Source: a virus. Taken from it: a DNA stretch of 39,846 nucleotides. The stretch spans positions 1-39,846 of IMG/VR virus record IMGVR_UViG_2619618997_000001. One strand, 5' to 3'. A program made the translations under genes and the position numbers. Positions 15,068 to 22,488 of the stretch are shown here, piece after piece; position 1 is the first letter of the stretch, and each line of letters starts with the position of its first letter. The notes beneath the pieces were generated by a model. The model was not told where the DNA came from. It did not search any database and was given only the letters and a program-made list of their open reading frames with translations.

Positions 15068-16722
15068 AACATCAGCCCATCATGGAGCAAGATGAGCGCG
15101 CGAAAGCCGCCGTCGACCGGTGGGGCGAGCTGAAATCCGAACGCAGCTCGTCCGAGCGAGACTGGGAAACCATCGCGAAACTGTTCCGGCCACAGCGGGG
15201 CGGGTTCGGTCTGTCCGACCCGGCCAGCCGCGAGCTGGTCAAGCCGTTGTCAAGTGCGCCCATCATCGCGCAGGGCAATTTCGCGGCAGGCATCTATGCC
15301 GGGATTACCAACCCGGCCACCCGCTGGGGCGGCCTGACGACGCCCGACGAGGATCTGAACAAGTGGCCGCCCTTCGCGGACTGGCTCGACCGCCAGACAC
15401 GCAAGGTTCACAACAGTTTCAGCCCTTCAATGTCCAGCTTTTACCCGGCCACGTACCAGGCCTATGGCGACCTCGCCTGTTTCGGGAATGCGGCCGGCTA
15501 CGACGAGCTTGAGCGCGATACCAGGCGGTTCATCGACGTGACCGTCAGCCTGGCCGATGTGGTGGTCGACATCGACTATTTCGGGCGGGTGGTCGAGGCC
15601 GTGCGGCGCATGCGGCTGACCGCACGGCAGGCTGCCGGCTTCTTCGGCAAGGATGCCCTGCCCGAGGCGATCCAGAAGCAACTGGAAAAGGGTGGGACCG
15701 ACAAGCAAGTCTATTACCAGCACGTCCTGAGAAACGACAATTTCGCAGCGGGCGGGCTGGGGCCGCGCGGCAAGCGGTGGTTGTCGCGGCATGTCTGCGA
15801 GGAAAAAAACACCCTTCTGCGCGAAAGCGGCTACGACCAAATGCCCTTCTACTACCCCCGCTGGGACGTGGATACCGGCATGACCTATGGCACGGGCGTG
15901 GGATACGTGGCACTGGCCAGCGCGCGGACCAATCACAACATGGAAGACGCCACGATCCGAGCCGCGCAATGGGCGGCCGACCCGGCCCGCCTTCTGCCTG
16001 ACCGGAACGTCGCACCGCTCGAAGGGACATGGCGGCCGGGTGGGGCGATCTATGGCGCCATGCGCAACGGTCAGCAACAGGTGGGCACGCTCGATTTCGT
16101 GCGCAACATCGGCCTCACCCAGGAGGAAAAGCGCGCCAAGGTCGAGGAAGTGAAAGAGGCGTTCTACTACTCCGTCATGAGCCTGACCGGCCGCACCGGG
16201 ATCAGCGACGAAGAAAACGCCGTGATCGAGGAAGCGCGCCTGCGCAACTGGGCGCCGCATGCCGACAGGGTGATGGAGGAATACGCGGCCCGGAAGTTCG
16301 AGCGGCGCTACATGATGCTGTTCAAGGCCGGCCAGATCGACCCAGTGCCCGAAGGCACACCGTCGGATGCCAAACTGCAAATCCGCTATCAGAGCGCGGC
16401 GGCGCTGGCCCTGCGCGCGAGCGAGGCTACGGCGGTGCGGCGATACATGGCTGACTTGGCGCCCATGATGGAAATCAAGCCCGAGCTGCGGCACCGGATC
16501 AGCGCCCACGACTATGCCGAAATCCTGCACGAGGCCAGCCCGACGCTGCCGCAGCGGTTGCTGGTCAGCCGCGAGCAGGCTCAGCAGTCGTATGAAGCAG
16601 AGCTGCAAGCCCAGCAGGCCCAGCAGATGGCCGAGCTGGCCAAGACAGGTGGCGCTGGCGCGCGCGACATCGCGCAAGCCGTAACGGCCGGGCAGGGCGG
16701 CGGGCAGGAAGGGGGTGGTTGA
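15064..16722 (+). CDS. Portal (T7 gp8-type head-to-tail connector)
   Basis: 552 aa. Positioned after terL. The downstream order scaffold, capsid, 199-aa, 746-aa, 175-aa, 705-aa, 1070-aa, fibre mirrors T7 gp8-gp17 sizes. In-frame ATG at 15064 with GGAG. Confidence 0.75.
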   Translation: MKHQPIMEQDERAKAAVDRWGELKSERSSSERDWETIAKLFRPQRGGFGLSDPASRELVKPLSSAPIIAQGNFAAGIYAGITNPATRWGGLTTPDEDLNKWPPFADWLDRQTRKVHNSFSPSMSSFYPATYQAYGDLACFGNAAGYDELERDTRRFIDVTVSLADVVVDIDYFGRVVEAVRRMRLTARQAAGFFGKDALPEAIQKQLEKGGTDKQVYYQHVLRNDNFAAGGLGPRGKRWLSRHVCEEKNTLLRESGYDQMPFYYPRWDVDTGMTYGTGVGYVALASARTNHNMEDATIRAAQWAADPARLLPDRNVAPLEGTWRPGGAIYGAMRNGQQQVGTLDFVRNIGLTQEEKRAKVEEVKEAFYYSVMSLTGRTGISDEENAVIEEARLRNWAPHADRVMEEYAARKFERRYMMLFKAGQIDPVPEGTPSDAKLQIRYQSAAALALRASEATAVRRYMADLAPMMEIKPELRHRISAHDYAEILHEASPTLPQRLLVSREQAQQSYEAELQAQQAQQMAELAKTGGAGARDIAQAVTAGQGGGQEGGG

Positions 16723-16727
16723 TGATG

Positions 16728-17033
16728 CTACTCCTGAACCCCGGGGCGGGAAAATCTGAAAGAGCGATCCGCGCACGGAAACCAGCCAACATCATAAAAA
16801 ACGTGAGGAACGGTGCACCATCCAGCCCAGTTCAGATAAAAACCCATGAGATCTCTCAAGGCACAACCGGTTTCCGCTGTGAGCCCTGGAAGGTGTTCAT
16901 CGCAAATTCCTTGATAAAAAAGGTAATCTGTAAACATTGCTTCTTCGACATTGCCAATACCAGAAGGGATGATCTCGGCGCTGCGAGCGGCTGTGGCGTC
17001 AAAAAGCAAGGCGATAAAGATCAACGAACGCAT
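16728..17033 (-). CDS. Secreted small protein (signal peptide MRSLIFIALLFDATAARSA, 4 Cys)
   Basis: ATG at 17033 with GGAG and a 6-nt spacer. Opposite strand to all neighbours. AT-richer than flanks. Ends 5 nt from the portal stop. Confidence 0.6.
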   Translation of the reverse strand: MRSLIFIALLFDATAARSAEIIPSGIGNVEEAMFTDYLFYQGICDEHLPGLTAETGCALRDLMGFYLNWAGWCTVPHVFYDVGWFPCADRSFRFSRPGVQE

Positions 17034-17045
17034 CCTAAACTCCAC

Positions 17046-17444
17046 TCATTCGTTGAGAAAGTCAGCCTGCATCTGCGCACTGACGTTTCCGAACAAGAAC
17101 CGACCGGTCATTCCATTGCTGAGCCTTCCGATGGCGGTGCCTGCGACACCAGAAGCATCGCGCGTGGCGATCACTCGTCCCTTGCTGCCGTTGTTGCACG
17201 CTACTGGAATTGTGATTGTGGAGACAGCAAGGCTGGTGTTGTAGGTGCCTTCGCAGCTGAGGCCGCTCAACGTCACCATGTCGAACTCGCCGCGCTTCGT
17301 CGAAAGGTCCAGCAGGACGCTGCCCTGGGCAGTTTCTCCGTTGCTAAGTTTTCCGACAACAGGGAGGCTTACCACACTGGGACCACAGCTGCTGATTGTG
17401 AGCGCAAAGCCGAGCGCGGCGAACGGGATAGAAAATTGTCTCAT
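17046..17444 (-). CDS. Lipoprotein (lipobox ISSC; MRQFSIPFAALGFALTISSCG...)
   Basis: N-terminal signal plus a lipobox Cys. GGAG with a 6-nt spacer. First gene of the reverse-strand pair. Confidence 0.7.
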   Translation of the reverse strand: MRQFSIPFAALGFALTISSCGPSVVSLPVVGKLSNGETAQGSVLLDLSTKRGEFDMVTLSGLSCEGTYNTSLAVSTITIPVACNNGSKGRVIATRDASGVAGTAIGRLSNGMTGRFLFGNVSAQMQADFLNE

Positions 17445-17532
17445 AAAGGTCTCCGAGGCAGATTAATCTCATTGAAGTTGACACTCGCTACCGCATCTGG
17501 CAACCTTTCCGTGCAGATCGGAAATCGGTTTG

Positions 17533-17690
17533 CCGGGATTTGCACCCCGTCAACCCTGAGGCGCCCGAAAGCCGCGCCACCCATGCGCGGCTTTTTCTAT
17601 GGTCGGGCGGATGGGGCCACCGCAAGGTGGGCCGCTCCTCAGGGCGGTAGTGCAAACCCTGTTCGTCCGGCCACCCGGGATTTGCACCCC
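17533..17690 (+). repeat. 16-nt direct repeat CCGGGATTTGCACCCC (17533-17548 and 17675-17690), each followed by CCTGAGG
   Basis: Read directly. The repeats bracket the terminator and a GNRA-loop hairpin (17615-17633). Confidence 0.7.
17571..17598 (+). terminator. Intrinsic terminator: GCCGCGC-cacccat-GCGCGGC followed by TTTTTCT
   Basis: 7-bp GC stem (extendable by AAA/TTT) plus a T5 run on the plus strand. The minus-strand reading has only T3. Confidence 0.5.
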
Positions 17691-17728
17691 AGTGGTCGGG
17701 TTCACTCGATCCTGAGGAGGTGCCAGTC

Positions 17729-18553
17729 ATGAGCGCCGAGATTATCCCATTCGACTTTGAAGAACAGGCCGTGCGTGTCGTGATGCGCGGTGAAGACCCG
17801 TGGTTCGTAGCAGCCGATGTCTGCCGCGTTTTGGAAATTCAGAACGCAACTGACGTGGTAAAACGGCTCGATGAGGACGAAGTTACCCTAGATACTATCG
17901 AGGGTAATCACCGCCCAACCAACCTCATCAACGAAAGCGGCCTCTACGCCCTCGTCCTGACCAGCCGCAAAGAGCAAGCCAAGCGGTTCCGCAAGTGGAT
18001 CACCGCCGAAGTTCTGCCGGCGATCCGCCGGCATGGCCGCTACGAGCTTCCGGGCGCTCGCTCGTCCGACGTTGCCGGAGACGGTGATTTTCTCGGCATG
18101 ACGTTCCGCGAGGCCGAGCTGTGGCTGCAATCCGTGCGCGAGGCGCGGCTGACGCGCGGCCGCCGGGCGGCGATCCGGCTTTGGGATCGCTCGCCGTTGC
18201 CCGTGCTGACGGACGGGCCGACGTCGCCCGCGGTAGATCCCGCACAAGGGCGCGCCTGCCTCGCCCATCTTCTCGACCAGGTGGGCGACATGATCGGCAA
18301 AGCGCGCGAGGGCAGCGAGCTTGCCGGGCGCGTTCTGGCGGATGACGGTATGCGCGTTCTGCCCGATGGTTTGTTCGTCGCCAATTTCGCCCTGGCGCTT
18401 TTCGAGGGCACCGATTGGGGTGCGAGAGCGCACAAGGCGGCGCTGCTGGCGCTTCCTGGCGTGACGCCGGACACCACCGCGCGTTCGCTGAGCGGTGTGG
18501 TAACACGGGGCCTCGTGCTGCCGTGGTCCTTGCTCGACGGGGAGGGCGCATGA
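17729..18553 (+). CDS. Bro-N domain protein, putative antirepressor
   Basis: N-terminal IIPFDFEEQAVRVVMRGEDPWFVAADVCRVLEI...SGLYALVLTSRKEQAKRFRKWITAEVLPAIRRHG is the Bro-N/phage-antirepressor pattern. ATG at 17729, 8 nt after GAGGAGG. Confidence 0.75.
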   Translation: MSAEIIPFDFEEQAVRVVMRGEDPWFVAADVCRVLEIQNATDVVKRLDEDEVTLDTIEGNHRPTNLINESGLYALVLTSRKEQAKRFRKWITAEVLPAIRRHGRYELPGARSSDVAGDGDFLGMTFREAELWLQSVREARLTRGRRAAIRLWDRSPLPVLTDGPTSPAVDPAQGRACLAHLLDQVGDMIGKAREGSELAGRVLADDGMRVLPDGLFVANFALALFEGTDWGARAHKAALLALPGVTPDTTARSLSGVVTRGLVLPWSLLDGEGA

Positions 18554-18777
18554 TGCTGGATCAGATCATTTTCGACCGTTCCGAGGATATCGCCGACGCG
18601 CTGCATGACCAGGAGGGGCTGGAACGCGCGCTGATCGGATATCTCAACGGAAAGCTGGCAGCCGAGGATGAACATGTCGTCATCGCACTGATCCACGGCC
18701 AGCGCGACTGCCGGAACCGTGCCACATCGATTGCCAATGCCATCGCACGTTCCGAAGCAACAGGAGAAGTCCCATGA
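18550..18777 (+). CDS. Hypothetical 75-aa acidic protein
   Basis: The in-frame ATG overlaps the Bro-N stop (ATGA). Confidence 0.5.
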   Translation: MMLDQIIFDRSEDIADALHDQEGLERALIGYLNGKLAAEDEHVVIALIHGQRDCRNRATSIANAIARSEATGEVP

Positions 18778-19106
18778 TTTTTCACCGCATTGGCGTCCTG
18801 CAGGGCCTGTTCGGCGCATTCCGGGGTAATCCCGGTGCGCGGGCCTCGGCCCACAGCATGGGCCTGCGCATGACCGCCATCATGGCCCGCAACCCGAAAT
18901 TTGCCGTCGACATCGCCAACCTGGGGGGCGTCTTCGCTGCCCCGCCGGTGCAGCTTGTCAATGGCCAGCCGCACGCACCGACACGCGACCTGTACCAGTG
19001 CGGCCGCGACGAGGGCCGGCGCGAGCTGGCCCTGCAAATACTGGCCCTTGGGGGCCTGACCCACGAAGACCTCAATCAGCTAATGGAGGATGACTATGAC
19101 GATTGA
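18774..19106 (+). CDS. Hypothetical 110-aa protein
   Basis: ATGA coupling to the upstream ORF. Confidence 0.5.
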   Translation: MIFHRIGVLQGLFGAFRGNPGARASAHSMGLRMTAIMARNPKFAVDIANLGGVFAAPPVQLVNGQPHAPTRDLYQCGRDEGRRELALQILALGGLTHEDLNQLMEDDYDD

Positions 19107-20106
19107 ACTGTTTTGGAAGACGCTCGTGCGGGCGCCCGCCGACCCGCCGGGTGGTACGCCCGCTGACCCGCCGGCTGATCCGCCAGCCGATCCGCCCGCT
19201 GACCCGCCGGCTGATCCGCCGGCTGATCCGCCGGCTGACCCGCCGGCTGACCCGCCGAAAAGCGACGCAAAGTGGTGGGAAGACAAACGGTTCGACACCG
19301 ACACCCAGTCGCAGCTGAAAGCGCTTGGTCTGACCGTCGACGATCCCCTCGATGCCGTGAAGTCGCTGGCGGGCATGGAGAAGAACGCCAAGGCGAAACT
19401 TGGCAAGGGGGTCAATCAGCTCATGGAAAAGCCCGGCGAGGGGCAGGACGTGGGCGAGTGGTTGCGCCAGAACGGCGAACTGTTCGGCATTCCCGAAGCG
19501 CCGGAGAAGTACGACATCAAGCCCCCAGAAGACTGGCCGAAAGAGGCGGAATGGGATACGGATTTCGAGGCTGAGGCCCGGAAGATCGCCCACGAGGAAG
19601 GTATCCCCACAAAGGCCCTGCAACGCATGACACAGCTTTATGCCGGCAAGGTGGCCGGTATGCTGAGCGGGGCCGAGAGCGAGCTGCAGAGTGCGACGGC
19701 GGCGATGATGGATGACCTCAAGAAGGACTGGGGCGACCAGCTGAACAGCAGGATTTCACTGGCGCAACAGGCGTCGAGCGTCATGGCCGAGCAGATCGGC
19801 ATGGACGCCACGCAGATGGAAAACCTGCGGTCGGTCCTTTCGGCAAAGACGGGCGATGCCAATACCATCCGGTTCTTCGCAAAGATCGGCGAAATGCTGG
19901 GCGAGGATCACGCTGGTGGCTTGAATGCCAAGGGCAGCACCCTTGCCATGACACCGGCTGATGCAAGGTCGGAGATTGAGGCCATGAAGAAGGCCGACAG
20001 TGAGTACATGCAGGCTATGAAGCGCAAACAGGAAAACGGCTCCGATGCGGAGTTTGACCGCCTTCATCAGCGCAAACTGCAGCTCACGAAGATTGCCACC
20101 AGTTAA
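19096..20106 (+). CDS. Putative scaffolding protein with N-terminal (ADPP)n repeat
   Basis: Helical, charged, about 336 aa, immediately upstream of the major capsid gene (T7 gp9 position). ATG at 19096 has GGAGG with a 6-nt spacer. Confidence 0.6.
   Translation: MTIELFWKTLVRAPADPPGGTPADPPADPPADPPADPPADPPADPPADPPADPPKSDAKWWEDKRFDTDTQSQLKALGLTVDDPLDAVKSLAGMEKNAKAKLGKGVNQLMEKPGEGQDVGEWLRQNGELFGIPEAPEKYDIKPPEDWPKEAEWDTDFEAEARKIAHEEGIPTKALQRMTQLYAGKVAGMLSGAESELQSATAAMMDDLKKDWGDQLNSRISLAQQASSVMAEQIGMDATQMENLRSVLSAKTGDANTIRFFAKIGEMLGEDHAGGLNAKGSTLAMTPADARSEIEAMKKADSEYMQAMKRKQENGSDAEFDRLHQRKLQLTKIATS
19138..19257 (+). repeat. 12-bp tandem repeat GCTGACCCGCCG (8 contiguous units at 19162-19257 plus one unit at 19138-19149) encoding ADPP
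   Basis: Counted unit by unit. Variation is only at synonymous third positions. Confidence 0.9.
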
Positions 20107-20361
20107 CTTCACCGAAATAAATTTGCAGATATGCCCCACGAACCCGCATCGTGGGGCATAATTCGTGTCAAGGCTTGACTTTCGCACGAAACTGGGGATC
20201 AAATCGCTGTCGACGGGCGACCCCGGTTTCTGGGTCCGTCTGATCCGGGTAAGTCCCGGCGCCAAAGGCCCCGACAAGGCTAGGTGTGGGTCCGGTATCA
20301 GGCCGGGCGACCCCTCCGAAATCTCACCACATGCTGATTTTTTGGAAACGGAGGGGCAATA

Positions 20362-21303
20362 ATGTCCTATTCCCAAAAGGTGGAAGACCACCACAAGCTG
20401 ACTTACAGCGACAACGTGCAATCGGTGGCCCAGCAGCGGAAAAACCGACTGCGCCCGGCCGTCACCATCATGAATGGGCTGACCGGCGAGGCGCATTCCG
20501 TTGCCGATCTCCTGGGCAAGAAGAAGTACATTCGCGGTTCGACCTACGACCGGTCCAATCCGCGCAACCGCGCGGATCGCTCGCGCAGGTGGCTGGTACG
20601 GCCCGAAGTGATCCATGACGGCGACATCATCGACAAGGCCGACAAGTTCGACATGGCGATGGACCCGACGAGCCACCTGGTTCGCGACAGCGTGATCACC
20701 GTCGAGCGCGGCGTCTTCGACACCATTCTGGGGATCGAGGAAACTAACACCGGCTTCAAAATTGCCAATTCCGGCATCATGGGGGTGGCGACCGAAGGCA
20801 AGCGCGGCACGTCCACCACGCCGCTGCCGACCGGCAACTTCATCGCTTACAACTACGGTTCGGGCGGAAATGGCCTGTCGCTCGACAAGCTGCGCAAGGT
20901 CAAGCTCGACCTAAACCAGGCCGAGTTCGGTATGGAGGACGATGATCCTTTCTATGCCGCCATCACCCCCAAGCAGGTTGACGACTTGATCGGCATTGCC
21001 GCCGCCACCAACCAGTCGCTTAACGCCTTCGCTGTCGAGCAGTTGAGGAGCGGAAAACCGACCGAGTTGATGGGCTTTACGTGGATCGCCACCAACCGCT
21101 TGCCGACGGACAGCAACGGCTACCGTCTTTGTCCGGTCTGGTCGAAGCGGAATATCGTTTGCGGCTTCTGGCAGGATGTCGAAGGGCAAATCTGGAACGA
21201 CACCAGCCAGCAGAACCTGCCCTACTACTACACGTCGGTCTTCGTGGATTGCGTGCGTGTCGAAGATGGCGGCGTTCGGGTCATCCGCTGTTCCGAAAGC
21301 TGA
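20362..21303 (+). CDS. Major capsid protein
   Basis: 313 aa, following the scaffold. Strong SD GGAGGGG. Followed by an intrinsic terminator. Confidence 0.75.
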   Translation: MSYSQKVEDHHKLTYSDNVQSVAQQRKNRLRPAVTIMNGLTGEAHSVADLLGKKKYIRGSTYDRSNPRNRADRSRRWLVRPEVIHDGDIIDKADKFDMAMDPTSHLVRDSVITVERGVFDTILGIEETNTGFKIANSGIMGVATEGKRGTSTTPLPTGNFIAYNYGSGGNGLSLDKLRKVKLDLNQAEFGMEDDDPFYAAITPKQVDDLIGIAAATNQSLNAFAVEQLRSGKPTELMGFTWIATNRLPTDSNGYRLCPVWSKRNIVCGFWQDVEGQIWNDTSQQNLPYYYTSVFVDCVRVEDGGVRVIRCSES

Positions 21304-21309
21304 TCCTGA

Positions 21310-21340
21310 CAGGCCGGCAATAGCAGGCCTGCTCTTTTTC
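21310..21340 (+). terminator. Intrinsic terminator after the capsid gene (CAGGCC...GGCCTG stem, then CTCTTTTT)
   Basis: Read directly. Analogous in position to the terminator after T7 gene 10. Confidence 0.55.
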
Positions 21341-21368
21341 CCCAACGAACAAGACAGGAGGGCCGGAA

Positions 21369-21830
21369 ATGGCCGTTGTCGAAGGAAAATCCAACCTCAT
21401 CCATGACTATCTGGACAGTACCAGCGAACCGCCGTCGCCTGCCGCCCAACAGGGCGAATACCGTGCGCTGACAGGCACCGTCGCCAACGCATCAAGCGAC
21501 AGCAGCGGTTCCATGTATCACCTGGCCGACGTGCCTTCGGATGCAATCGTTCACGAAGACACGTTCTTCGACGTGGAAAACTGGGGTTTCGCGCAAATTG
21601 TGATTGGCACGCGCGAAGACACCGATGCGCTGGTCGATCAGACGCTTGCCACTGAAAACACTGTCACGCCCTTTGCCGTCGGCGATGCAAACCACGGGAA
21701 GACGTGGTGGGAGGCACTTGGGATGTCGGAAGACCCCGGCGGCGAGATTGGCATTTACATCCATGCTGAAGCTGGGGCCACGGGCGCCGGCTCGATGCCG
21801 TTCCGCATCGTTTCGCTCGATAGCCGCTAA
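21369..21830 (+). CDS. Hypothetical 153-aa virion-module protein (possible minor capsid/decoration protein)
   Basis: AGGAGG SD. Position between the capsid and tubular protein A genes. Confidence 0.5.
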   Translation: MAVVEGKSNLIHDYLDSTSEPPSPAAQQGEYRALTGTVANASSDSSGSMYHLADVPSDAIVHEDTFFDVENWGFAQIVIGTREDTDALVDQTLATENTVTPFAVGDANHGKTWWEALGMSEDPGGEIGIYIHAEAGATGAGSMPFRIVSLDSR

Positions 21831-21888
21831 CCGCCGCCGGGGCCGCTCCTGTCGCGGCCCCGGGCCTATCTGACCCGAGGGGCCTTCC

Positions 21889-22488
21889 ATGACCGACGCC
21901 ATTGCCATTGACTACGTGCTGCGGCAGGCGTTCCTGTTCATGGAAGTCACCCCGCCGACGTCGTTTGGCGATGACAGCCCCAAGGCCAACGATGCCGCGG
22001 CCGTCTACGACGCGGCGCTCGATACCACGCTCGAAGGATATGACTGGTCATTCGCCCGTCGTGTTGTCAGCCTCGCCGAATACGACCCGAAACCACCCGA
22101 CATTGCCGATCCCGAGCTGCCCTATACGGTTCAGTTGCCAGATGACTGTCTGGCCTTGCGCAAGGTCTATGTCTCGTCCTGCGTTCGCTGGCGACAGGAT
22201 CAGCGCATGATCCGGCTGGACACCGAGCCGCCCGTCACCGTCCGCTACACGTTCCGCAACAACAAGGAAAAGTATCTTCCGCGCATGTTTCAGACGGCCA
22301 TTGCCGGTCAGCTCGCCCTGCTTCTGGCGCCCAAATACGTGACCACGCGTGCCAAGCAAGAGCGCCTGCAGACCGCCGTGGCGGACGCCGTCAGCGCTGC
22401 CAAAACGAACGACGCCCACACGGCCAGCTCGACACGCATCGACGGGCGCCCGAATTCTGGCGACTGGGCGACGGAGGCGATCTGGTGA
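21889..22488 (+). CDS. Tail tubular protein A / adaptor (T7 gp11-like)
   Basis: 199 aa (T7 gp11 is 196 aa). Called by synteny. Confidence 0.55.
   Translation: MTDAIAIDYVLRQAFLFMEVTPPTSFGDDSPKANDAAAVYDAALDTTLEGYDWSFARRVVSLAEYDPKPPDIADPELPYTVQLPDDCLALRKVYVSSCVRWRQDQRMIRLDTEPPVTVRYTFRNNKEKYLPRMFQTAIAGQLALLLAPKYVTTRAKQERLQTAVADAVSAAKTNDAHTASSTRIDGRPNSGDWATEAIW

Noticed and set aside
17488-17719. Possible tRNA or tmRNA-like gene in the structured region
   Set aside because: I could not fold a cloverleaf. There is no GTTCRANYC T-loop with a paired T-stem and no acceptor stem, so it is better explained as an mRNA leader or small RNA.
17650-17720. Search for an alphaproteobacterial LexA box (GTTC-n7-GTTC / GAAC-n7-GAAC) upstream of the Bro-N gene, at the CI/Cro region and in the right-arm promoters
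   Set aside because: Single GTTC/GAAC tetramers occur, but none has the second half-site at 7-nt spacing. There is no evidence for direct SOS control.
16719-17732. 337-aa plus-strand ORF running through the lipoprotein cassette and the structured leader
   Set aside because: It is antisense to two ORFs that have signal peptide/lipobox features and matched SDs. It also crosses an intrinsic terminator and non-coding repeats. Its product is low-complexity.
19080-19415. GGSAGGSA-repeat ORF on the minus strand (and RRLIRRLT-repeat ORFs 19072-19623 -, 19103-19318 +)
   Set aside because: These are alternative-frame or antisense readings of the ADPP tandem repeat inside the scaffold-like gene.
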